From contig JAVKIJ010000064.1 in NCBI GenBank assembly GCA_031459535.1, positions 1 through 18,857 on the forward strand: 18,857 nucleotides of DNA, read 5' to 3'. A model generated the notes under the pieces. That model was not told the DNA's origin, did not search any database, and saw only the letters and a program-made list of their open reading frames with translations. Every line of letters begins with the position of its first letter. Positions within the stretch are counted from its first letter, which is position 1. Below, one piece after another: positions 7,773 to 15,810 of this stretch. This DNA is from Candidatus Fervidifonticultor quintus. Lineage in GTDB: Bacteria; Sysuimicrobiota; Sysuimicrobiia; Sysuimicrobiales; Humicultoraceae. Position numbers and translations under genes: made by a program.

Positions 7773-8699
7773 CTAGTGACGGAGCAGATTCCGCAGGACG
7801 AACAGAACGTTGGCGGGCCGCTCGGCGAGCCGGCGCATGAAGTACGGATACCAGTCCGACCCAAACGGCGTGGCGACCAGCACCTGGTAGCCCTGCGCCA
7901 CCAAGTCGAGCTGCAGTTGCGGGCGCACCCCGTAAAGCATCTGGAACTCGAAGCGCTCGGGGCCGATCCCGTGGGTGCGGACGAAGTCGATTACGTGGTG
8001 GATGATCCGGTCGTCGTGGGTGGCAATGGCCGTGTAGCCTCCGTCCGCCAGTGCGCGCTCCGCCAGCTTGATATAGTTGCGGTCCACGTCGGCCTTCTTC
8101 GGGAACGCCACGGTTGGTGGTTCCAGGTAGGCTCCCTTCACCAGGCGCAGGTTGGGCCGGTACGGGAGCAGCGCTTCCAGGTCGGCCTCGCTCCGGTAGA
8201 GGTACGACTGGAGGGCCGTGCCCACGTTGTCCAGCCCGTCGGCCCGTAGACGGCGGTAGATCTCCAGCGTGGCGTCCGTGCGGCCGGAATCCTCCATGTC
8301 GATGCGGATGAAGTTCCCCAGCCCGGCGGCGTACTGCACCAGGTGCGCGACGTGGCCGTAGGCCACATCCACCCCCCGATCCAGCCCGAGGTGCGTGAGC
8401 TTCAAGGCCACATTGCAGCGCAGCCCTTCCTGTCTGATCCGGTCCAGGATGACCACGTACTGCTCCACCACGGCGCGGATCAAGGCCTCCTCGGTGAGTC
8501 CCTCACCCAGCAGCGTGGTGTTGGTCTTCAGGCCCCTGGCATTGAGACCGCGCAGGACCCTGACGCACTCGTCCAGGCTCTCGCCCGCGACGAACCGCGC
8601 CGCCCCGAGCCGCATGCCGTAGCGCCGAACCCAGGCCGTCATCCGGGGACTGCGTGCCGCGGAGAGAATGACGTGGCGGAACAGTGAGGTCGCCGGCAT
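7773..8699 (-). CDS. Monofunctional proline dehydrogenase
   Basis: RFVAGE, LLGE, ALKLTHLG, FIRIDME, LQSYL, LRLVKGAY, IATHD, EFQMLYG and WYPYFMRRLAERPAN motifs. Confidence 0.93.
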   Translation of the reverse strand: MPATSLFRHVILSAARSPRMTAWVRRYGMRLGAARFVAGESLDECVRVLRGLNARGLKTNTTLLGEGLTEEALIRAVVEQYVVILDRIRQEGLRCNVALKLTHLGLDRGVDVAYGHVAHLVQYAAGLGNFIRIDMEDSGRTDATLEIYRRLRADGLDNVGTALQSYLYRSEADLEALLPYRPNLRLVKGAYLEPPTVAFPKKADVDRNYIKLAERALADGGYTAIATHDDRIIHHVIDFVRTHGIGPERFEFQMLYGVRPQLQLDLVAQGYQVLVATPFGSDWYPYFMRRLAERPANVLFVLRNLLRH

Positions 8700-8708
8700 C
8701 CAGCCCAC

Positions 8709-8737
8709 AGCGTATGGGGCCGGCCCGGGGGCGTCAA
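8709..8737 (-). promoter_or_regulatory. Putative sigma70-type promoter for the proline dehydrogenase gene
   Basis: Minus strand TTGACG (8737-8732), 17 nt, TACGCT (8714-8709), then 9 nt before ATG 8699. Confidence 0.55.
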
Positions 8738-8753
8738 GCTTCGGGGTAGCGCC

Positions 8754-10745
8754 CTAGCGGCTCCCGGCCAGGCCCCACCCGAGGACCCGAGCGAGCTCGT
8801 CTGCCGAGGTCAGCCCATCGAGCACGAGCGCCCTGCCGGCCTCGTAGATCCGCGAGCCATCCTCGAGCACCCGCTCGACGACTTCGCCGGCCCGACCGAC
8901 CCTTAGCATCCGCCGGCTTGAGGCGTCAACGCACCAGACGTCGAGGAGCAGGCGCCGGCCCTTGAACCCGGTGAAGCCGCAGGTTTCGCATCCGGTCGGC
9001 GCGAAGGTCCGCGCACCCCGGAAGGGACCCGCATCACCACTGACCGGCTGCTTACACGCCGGGCAGAGCAGCCGAACGGCGCATGCGGCGACGATCGCCC
9101 GGAGCGTGGAGGCCACCAGCGCCGGCCCCACGGCGTCCAGCGCCTCGCTCAGCACCGAGACCACCTCGCCGGCCGCGTGACCGGCCAGCAGCACTCGCGT
9201 GCGTCCGGCTTCGAACACCGCGGCCTGGGCCGGCCGGCTCGAGGTATCGTCAACAATCACCAGATCGGCGCCGGCTTCGCCCGCGGCGGCGATCGTCGGT
9301 GCCACGTCGGCCCCGGGAGCGCGCACGGTCTGGTTGATGGTCGAGCGCCGGTAGACCGGGGCAGCCTCGAGGGCCCAGATCTTGCCGCGTAGCCCGGCGG
9401 GAACCAGGCCGTGGAGCAGGGTCGAGCGCACCCACCGGTCGGCGCACCCGACCACGACCACACCTGAGGCGGCCTGCAGCGCTTCGCGGACCGGCTGGAT
9501 GAGTTCCTCGGACACCCCTAGGGCCGGAAGGTCGGGCACGTCGGCGTGCAGCGGTTGCACCACCACCGTGGCTGCCTCGCCGTACATGGTCGGTAGGAAG
9601 GTCCCCACGAGCATCACGTCTCGATCTCCCACCGGAAGGGTGACTGTCGCGGTGGTCCCCGCCGCCCCGCCGGCGCCGGTGATGTGGCGCAGATGCCTGA
9701 GAATCCCGGCGTGCAGGTCGGCCGGCTGCCCAGGCCGGTCCACGAGCACACCCTGCAGGCGGTACCGTACGCGGGCCGCACCGTCGGGCCCCGGGTCGAA
9801 GTGGATCTCAGTTCCCCCCTGCTGCAGGGCCTGCACCAGGTGGAACTGGAAGTACTGGGCCTCCGTCGCCCCAACCGTCGGTGTGCCGCTGTCGCTGGGT
9901 GTGCTGCGGTTTGGGAAGAACCAGTCCTGCATCTGTTCGATGTTGGACGACAGGGCCAGCGCCCGGCGTACCTGCAGGCCGGTCCGCGCCGTGATCTCGT
10001 CCACGGTCTGCTGGTCGGTAGGGTCCACCATGGCCAGGGTCATCTCCTGGCCGAACTTGAGGATGGGCAGCACCCGGCGGTCGCGCACGAAGGCCTCGGG
10101 CAACAGTCGGGCCGTCTCCGCATCGATGATCTCGGGCGACAGATACACGTAGGGATAGCCGAGCTGATGGCTCAACGCCCAGGCGAGGTCGTCTTCGGAC
10201 AGCGCGCCCTGCTCGACGAGCACCTGGCCGAGACGCTTGCCGCTCCTGGCCTGGGCGGCCATCGCCTGTTGGAGCTGGTCGGGGGTAATGAGCATGTTGG
10301 CCACGAGCAACTCGCCCAGCCGGTCCGGCTGCCCGGCGCTGCGGGCCCGCTCATCGTCCGGACCTGGAGCGGCACCCGGCAGCCAGGCGGCGATCTCCTG
10401 GGGAAAGGTACGAACATTGATGGGCTTTTCCACCGTGCCGAGGCAACCCGCCTGCAGCCACGCCTCCCGGTCCTCCGGCGCGGCCAGCGCACTCATGGCG
10501 AGGACCCGGATGGCGGCGCTGCGGGGGTTCTCTCGCAGTTTGCGCAGCACGTCCAGCCCGTGCAGGTCGGGCAGGTGCATATCGAGCAGGATGAGGTCGG
10601 GTTGCGTCTCTTGGGCCAGCGCCAGTGCCTCGGCACCTGAGCGCGCCTCGCTGACCTCGAATCCCGCGGGTTGCAGCACCCTGCGCACGAGCGTCAGGTT
10701 GGGCGGCTGATCATCCACCACCAGCACGCGCGGCAGGCGTTTCAT
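8754..10745 (-). CDS. Fusion of receiver domain, tandem MshEN motif and GspE/PilB-like domain with degenerate ATPase motifs (about 663 aa)
   Basis: REC (VLVVDD, LILLD, AMSA, EKP); two MshEN repeats; T2SSE-N-like LAMVDP; EIHFDP..VRYRLQGVL; CPAC and GCETCGFTGFKGR Zn motif. The Walker A position reads VVVVGCADRWVRST. ATG 10745 overlaps the upstream stop (ATGA). Confidence 0.88.
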   Translation of the reverse strand: MKRLPRVLVVDDQPPNLTLVRRVLQPAGFEVSEARSGAEALALAQETQPDLILLDMHLPDLHGLDVLRKLRENPRSAAIRVLAMSALAAPEDREAWLQAGCLGTVEKPINVRTFPQEIAAWLPGAAPGPDDERARSAGQPDRLGELLVANMLITPDQLQQAMAAQARSGKRLGQVLVEQGALSEDDLAWALSHQLGYPYVYLSPEIIDAETARLLPEAFVRDRRVLPILKFGQEMTLAMVDPTDQQTVDEITARTGLQVRRALALSSNIEQMQDWFFPNRSTPSDSGTPTVGATEAQYFQFHLVQALQQGGTEIHFDPGPDGAARVRYRLQGVLVDRPGQPADLHAGILRHLRHITGAGGAAGTTATVTLPVGDRDVMLVGTFLPTMYGEAATVVVQPLHADVPDLPALGVSEELIQPVREALQAASGVVVVGCADRWVRSTLLHGLVPAGLRGKIWALEAAPVYRRSTINQTVRAPGADVAPTIAAAGEAGADLVIVDDTSSRPAQAAVFEAGRTRVLLAGHAAGEVVSVLSEALDAVGPALVASTLRAIVAACAVRLLCPACKQPVSGDAGPFRGARTFAPTGCETCGFTGFKGRRLLLDVWCVDASSRRMLRVGRAGEVVERVLEDGSRIYEAGRALVLDGLTSADELARVLGWGLAGSR

Positions 10746-11197
10746 CTCGCAAGCCTCCCCTCCGCCATGGGGCGATCCTCCTGGGCGTAGCGTTGTCTGA
10801 GCTGAGCGCCGATGCGGGCGGCCAGGTCGGCGGCGACAAATGGCTTTGTCACGTAGTCGCGCGCCCCCGCCGCCAGGCCCGCCACCATCGCCTGCTCGCC
10901 GGCGACCGCGGTGAGGAAGATGACGGGAACTGCTGCGGTGGCCGGGTCGGCCTGGAGCATGCGGCAGACATCCAACCCCGACAGCTCGGGCATCATGATG
11001 TCCAGCAGGATGAGATCGGGGCGGAAGGCGCCCACGGCCTCGAGGGCCTCGCGGCCGCTGCAGACGGCCCGCACCGTGCACCCCCAGCGCGTCAGGTGGG
11101 CAGCCAGGACTTTGAGATTGATGGGCTCGTCATCGACGATGAGGATCCGGGGTGTTCGGCCGCCGATGTAGGCTTCGAGCGAAATGGCTTGGGTCAT
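10742..11197 (-). CDS. Single-domain response regulator
   Basis: ILIVDDE, LILLDIMMP, IFLTA and YVTKPF, a complete receiver set with no output domain. Confidence 0.9.
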   Translation of the reverse strand: MTQAISLEAYIGGRTPRILIVDDEPINLKVLAAHLTRWGCTVRAVCSGREALEAVGAFRPDLILLDIMMPELSGLDVCRMLQADPATAAVPVIFLTAVAGEQAMVAGLAAGARDYVTKPFVAADLAARIGAQLRQRYAQEDRPMAEGRLAR

Positions 11198-11225
11198 TGT
11201 CCAGAGTCCCCCGTCCGCTCCCGTC

Positions 11226-13496
11226 TCAATCGATCCGCAATCTCAAGACCCCGTCGAGAATCTTCATCAGCTCCCTGACGTCAATCGGCTTGGCCAGGCA
11301 CGCATGTGCGCCGGAGGCCAGCAGGCGCTCGGCCTGCTCGGGTGATGGGTCCGAGCTCAACACGACCACGGGGATCCGCCGTGTCTTCAGATCGGCCTGC
11401 AGGCGGTGCAGGACTTCGCTGCCCGGGATGTCGGGCAGGTGCACGTCGAGCAGGATCAGGTCGGGGACGTGTTCGCGGGCCAGGGTGAGACCCATGCGGC
11501 CCTGCATGGCCGACATCAGCTTCACCCCAGGCCGCCGGGCCAGCACGCGTTCGATCAGGTCCAGATGGGCCAGGTTGTCCTCGACGTACAGGACGGCGTA
11601 GGTCGTCTCGGTGAGGCCCCTGACGGCTCTGGCCTGCGCGACGTCTGCCGGACGATCGGCGGGCTGCGCGGCCGGCTCGGCCAGCGGGAGCTCGATCCAG
11701 AACGTGCTGCCGCGACCCACCTCGCTGTCCACACCGATCGTGCCGCCCATGACTTCGGTCAGGCGTTTAGAGAGTGCCAGGCCGAGCCCAGTCCCTTCAA
11801 CGCCGCCCCCGGCGGTCCCGAGCCGCTCGAAGGGGATGAACAGCCGCTCCTGCTTGTCCGCCGGAATGCCTGGACCGGTGTCGGTGACCTGGATGCGCAC
11901 GCGGTCATCCTGAGTGCGGTACGACAGGATGACCTCGCCGCCCACCTTGTTGTACTTGACGGCGTTGGAGAGCAGGTTCAGCAGCACCTGCTTGAGGCGC
12001 TGTCGATCGGCCAGGACCCTGTGCGCCTCGGCGTCGGCCATCTCGGGGCGCAGCCGCACGGCCCGCTCGGCCGCCAGCGGCGCGGTGAGCGCCAGCACCT
12101 CCTCGGCGATCTCCCCCAGTCCCACTGACTCCGGCGAAACGGACATGCGGCCCGCTTCGATACGGGCGATGTCCAGCACTTCATTGATGAGGTCCAGCAG
12201 GTGGCGGCCGGCCTTGAGGATGTAGCCCAGGTTCTCCCGCTGCTCCGGCGAGAGAGGGTCCATCTCCAACAACTGGGCGAAGCCCAGCACGGCGTTGAGC
12301 GGCGTGCGGAGTTCGTGGCTCATGCGGGAGAGAAACTCGCTCTTGGCCAGGTTCGCCCTCTCGGCGTCCAGCCGGGCCTGCTCGAGTGCGGCCTCGATCT
12401 CCTTGCGGTTGGTGATGTCTAACCCGAGGCCAAGCAGGCTCTCGACCGCACCCCGCTGATCGCGCTCAAGGGTGACCAATGTGTAGATCCAGTGATAGGT
12501 CCCGTCTTTGTGGAGCATGCGGTACTCGTCTGTGAACTGTCGCTCGCCCTCCGTGACCGCGTCGGACACCACGGCCCGGAACCGCTCGTAGTCCGCCGGG
12601 TGCATGTGCGCCTTCCAGAACCCCGGTGTCTGGAAGACCTCGTCGGGCGCATACCCCAGGACGCGCTCGGTGCTGGGGCTGATGTAAGAGACGCTCAGGT
12701 CCCCGGCTGAAGCCCGCCAGACGATGAAGGGGCCTGCCGCCACGAGATCTTCGAAGAAGGCGCCAGCCTCACGGCTCACGGCCACCCGCTCCATCGCCGA
12801 CCGCCCGGCCGCGTGGCGCAACTCGCGGTTCTCGAGCTCGAGCCGGCGATTCCTCTCCTGCAGTTCGGCCACGAACGAGGCACGGGCCAGGGCATGCCCG
12901 ATCCGCTGTGCGATCGTCAGGGCGAGGAGCTCGTCGTCCTCGGAGTACGGCACAGCGGCCGTCCCGCGCCTGGACACGTAGAGTACGCCGATGGGCTGAC
13001 CGTTGGTCTTCACCGGTGCCAGCAGTAGGCTGCGTGGTCCATACCGGTTCAGCGCAGCCCACAGGTCCGGCCGTACCGAGGGCCGCATGTCGTCCGGACT
13101 CGCCCTCGGGATCCGCACCGAGCGCCCGCTCTCCAGCACCCGCGTCAGCAGCGTGGGCCCGTCGCCAACGGACGGCACCAGCCCCGGGAGCGCCCGCATG
13201 AAATGCACGGCTTCTGGATCGGTGTCGGCAGCGGCGACGAGCCGGAGAGGCCCGCCGCCGGCCGGCCGGAGCAGAATCGCGCAACTATCGCCGAGGACCT
13301 CTGCGGTTCGCACCGCCGTCGCAGAGGCGATGGCGGTCTCGGTGAGATCTGCCTGGTCGATAGCCGCGCACACCTCGGCGAGCGCCTCGGCCCGCGACAG
13401 CCCCACCGAGCCGTGCCCCCTCGGGACGGGCGTTCCGGGTTCGCGTGCCGGTGGCATCTTTGACAGGGCGCGGTCCATGGGCGGCACAGATCTCAT
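11226..13496 (-). CDS. Hybrid sensor histidine kinase (GAF-PAS-HisKA-HATPase-REC)
   Basis: GAF-like N-terminus (SLLLAP..IGVLYV..YSEDD); PAS/PAC (YISPS..LGY, HPAD, EYR..KDG, DIT); H-box SHELRTPL; NAVKY; DTGPG; GTGLGL; C-terminal REC (YVED, LLDVHLP, AKP). Confidence 0.93.
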   Translation of the reverse strand: MRSVPPMDRALSKMPPAREPGTPVPRGHGSVGLSRAEALAEVCAAIDQADLTETAIASATAVRTAEVLGDSCAILLRPAGGGPLRLVAAADTDPEAVHFMRALPGLVPSVGDGPTLLTRVLESGRSVRIPRASPDDMRPSVRPDLWAALNRYGPRSLLLAPVKTNGQPIGVLYVSRRGTAAVPYSEDDELLALTIAQRIGHALARASFVAELQERNRRLELENRELRHAAGRSAMERVAVSREAGAFFEDLVAAGPFIVWRASAGDLSVSYISPSTERVLGYAPDEVFQTPGFWKAHMHPADYERFRAVVSDAVTEGERQFTDEYRMLHKDGTYHWIYTLVTLERDQRGAVESLLGLGLDITNRKEIEAALEQARLDAERANLAKSEFLSRMSHELRTPLNAVLGFAQLLEMDPLSPEQRENLGYILKAGRHLLDLINEVLDIARIEAGRMSVSPESVGLGEIAEEVLALTAPLAAERAVRLRPEMADAEAHRVLADRQRLKQVLLNLLSNAVKYNKVGGEVILSYRTQDDRVRIQVTDTGPGIPADKQERLFIPFERLGTAGGGVEGTGLGLALSKRLTEVMGGTIGVDSEVGRGSTFWIELPLAEPAAQPADRPADVAQARAVRGLTETTYAVLYVEDNLAHLDLIERVLARRPGVKLMSAMQGRMGLTLAREHVPDLILLDVHLPDIPGSEVLHRLQADLKTRRIPVVVLSSDPSPEQAERLLASGAHACLAKPIDVRELMKILDGVLRLRID

Positions 13497-14557
13497 CAGG
13501 CCAGCCCTTTGATCCGCAGTTTCAGGTCATTGGCCGAGTCCGCGGCCCGCAGGGCGTCCTCGTAGCTGATCAACCCCTGACGATGGAGCTCGAACAGGGC
13601 CTGGTCGAAGGTCTGCATGCCCTCCGAAACCCCGAGCTCTATGGCCTGCTTGATGGCAGCGATCTCGCCCTTCTTGATGAGTTCGCGAATGCGGGGGGTC
13701 GCCACCATGATCTCCACGGCGACCACCCGGCCCGAGCGGTCAGACCGCAGGACGAGGCGCTGCGAGACGATCGCCTCGAGCGTCAGCGAGAGCCGGTGGA
13801 GGACCTCCTGGGTGTGATCGGAGGGGAAAAAGGCCAGCATGCGTTCCAGGGCCTGAGACGCGTTGACCGAGTGCAGGGTACTCAACACCAGGTGCCCGGT
13901 CTCCGCGAAGTAGAGGGCCGCTTCGGCAGAGTCGCGATCCCGCATTTCGCCGATGAGCAGCACATCCGGCGTCTGACGGAGCGCTGACCGCAGGGCATCC
14001 GCGAAGCTCGGGGTGTCCGTGCCGACCTCCCTCTGGCTCACGATGCTGCGCTTGTCGGGGTGCAGGAACTCGATGGGGTCCTCTACCGTCACGATGTGGC
14101 CGTCTATCTGGCTGTTGCGGTAGTCAACCATCGCGGCCAGGGTGGTGGACTTCCCGGTGCCCGCGTGTCCGGTTACGAGGATCAGCCCGCGGCTGCGCAG
14201 GCTGAGCGCTCGGAGGACCGCCGGCAGCCTCAGCTCATCGAAGGAGGGGATGGCCAGTTTCACACGGCGGGCCACCAGCGCCACTGACCCCCGCTGGACG
14301 TAGACGTTCACCCGGAAGCGGCCCCGGCCCGGCAGGCTGTATGCCAGGTCGGCGCTCTGCTCGACCTGGAGCCTGTGCCGTTGCTCCTCTGTAAGCATCT
14401 GCAGGGCCAGCTCGCGGGCCAGGTCCTTGGAAACCACGTCCTGGGTGTTCGACGTGAGATGGCCGTGGATGCGGTAGGTGGGCGGGCAGCCAGCCTTGAC
14501 GTAGAGATCTGTGGCATCCAGCCCTTCCATGGCCTCCAGGAGATCGTTGATGTGCAT
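13496..14557 (-). CDS. pilU: PilT/PilU-family retraction ATPase (PilU-like)
   Basis: Walker A GHAGTGKST, TVEDPIE, QREVG, ALRQTPDVLLIGEMRD, GHLVLSTLH and GMQTFDQAL. It lacks AIRNLIRE and sits directly after pilT. Confidence 0.85.
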   Translation of the reverse strand: MHINDLLEAMEGLDATDLYVKAGCPPTYRIHGHLTSNTQDVVSKDLARELALQMLTEEQRHRLQVEQSADLAYSLPGRGRFRVNVYVQRGSVALVARRVKLAIPSFDELRLPAVLRALSLRSRGLILVTGHAGTGKSTTLAAMVDYRNSQIDGHIVTVEDPIEFLHPDKRSIVSQREVGTDTPSFADALRSALRQTPDVLLIGEMRDRDSAEAALYFAETGHLVLSTLHSVNASQALERMLAFFPSDHTQEVLHRLSLTLEAIVSQRLVLRSDRSGRVVAVEIMVATPRIRELIKKGEIAAIKQAIELGVSEGMQTFDQALFELHRQGLISYEDALRAADSANDLKLRIKGLA

Positions 14558-14578
14558 CGCGACGGCCTGCCTTCTGCG

Positions 14579-15667
14579 CTACATGCGGGCCACGACCGGC
14601 TCGCGCGTCCCCGGGGGACGCTCCGCCCCGAACATCGCCTTCTCGACGGCCCACCGGTACGCGACCTCGGCGGTGATCTGCCCGGTCTTCAGCAGGCTGC
14701 GCAGGCTCTGGTCGAGGCTCTGCATCCCGTCCTTGGTCCCCGTCTGGATCACCGAGAGGATCTGGTGGACCTTGCTCTCCCGGATCAGGTTGCGGATCGC
14801 GGGCGTGGCGATCATGACCTCCACGGCCGCCACGCGGCCCTTGCCGTTGGCCGTGGGGAGCAGCGTCTGGGCGATGACGGCCACCAGGCTCTCGCTCAAC
14901 TGGACCCGGATCTGCTCCTGCTGACTACTGGGGAAGACGTCGATGATCCGGTTGATGGTGGAGGCCGCGCTGGACGTGTGCAGCGTCGCCAGCACCAGGT
15001 GCCCGGTCTCCGCCGCGGTCAGGGCCATCGCGATCGTCTCCAGGTCCCGCATCTCCCCCACCAGGATCACATCGGGGTCCTCGCGCAGGGCGGCCCTCAG
15101 CGCTCCGGCAAACGACTTGGAGTTGGTCCCCACCTCTCGCTGGTTGACTACGCTGTGCCTGTGCTGATGAACGAACTCGATGGGGTCTTCGATGGTCACC
15201 ACATGGCAGTTCCGCCGCTCATTGATGATGTCCACCATCGCGGCCAGGGTGGTGGACTTGCCGGAGCCGGTGGGGCCGGTGACCAGGATGAGGCCTCGGT
15301 CCCTCAGGGCCAGGTCCTCCAGCACGGGCGGCAGCCCCAGCTCCGCCACCGTCTTGATCTTGGAGGGAATCAGGCGCAAGACAATGCCCTCACCCAGGCG
15401 ATGGCGGAAGACGTTGACCCGGAAGCGGCCGAGATTGGCGAGCTCGAGGGAGAAGTCGAGGTCCCAGTTCTCTTCGAACCGCGCCTTCTGGGTGTCGGAC
15501 AGGATGTCGTAGATGATCTCGTGCAGGTCCTGCTTGGTGAGGACCGGCGCGTCCTTCACGGGCCGCAGCTCCCCGTTCACGCGGAGCTTGGGCGGGATGC
15601 CCACGGTGAGGTGGAGATCCGAGGCATTCGCTTGCTTGGCCAGGATCAACAGGTCGGTGAGGTCCAC
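14579..15667 (-). CDS. pilT: Type IV pilus retraction ATPase PilT
   Basis: ASDLH, GPTGSGKSTT, TIEDPIE, LREDPDVILVGEMRD, GHLVLATLH and the PilT signature AIRNLIRE; GGAG RBS before GTG 15667. Confidence 0.95.
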   Translation of the reverse strand: MDLTDLLILAKQANASDLHLTVGIPPKLRVNGELRPVKDAPVLTKQDLHEIIYDILSDTQKARFEENWDLDFSLELANLGRFRVNVFRHRLGEGIVLRLIPSKIKTVAELGLPPVLEDLALRDRGLILVTGPTGSGKSTTLAAMVDIINERRNCHVVTIEDPIEFVHQHRHSVVNQREVGTNSKSFAGALRAALREDPDVILVGEMRDLETIAMALTAAETGHLVLATLHTSSAASTINRIIDVFPSSQQEQIRVQLSESLVAVIAQTLLPTANGKGRVAAVEVMIATPAIRNLIRESKVHQILSVIQTGTKDGMQSLDQSLRSLLKTGQITAEVAYRWAVEKAMFGAERPPGTREPVVARM

Positions 15668-15810
15668 GATGTCGCTCCGGAAGAACTGATGGCTTCCTCA
15701 AGAGGGATGGTGACGTCCGACACGGGCCGCGAGCCTCTGTCGGAGACCCACAGAGGGCTATGCCCGGATTTCGGCACCGATAGACTTCCCGAGGGGCGCC
15801 CAGTCGGGTG

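Noticed and set aside
10746-11081. Extended start of the 775-aa ORF
   Set aside because: It overlaps the real receiver gene in another frame; ATG 10745 overlaps that gene's stop and begins the REC domain.
15768-15800. Sigma28-like promoter for pilT (GCCGAAAT on the minus strand)
   Set aside because: The -10-like element has no acceptable TAAA-type -35 at the right spacing.
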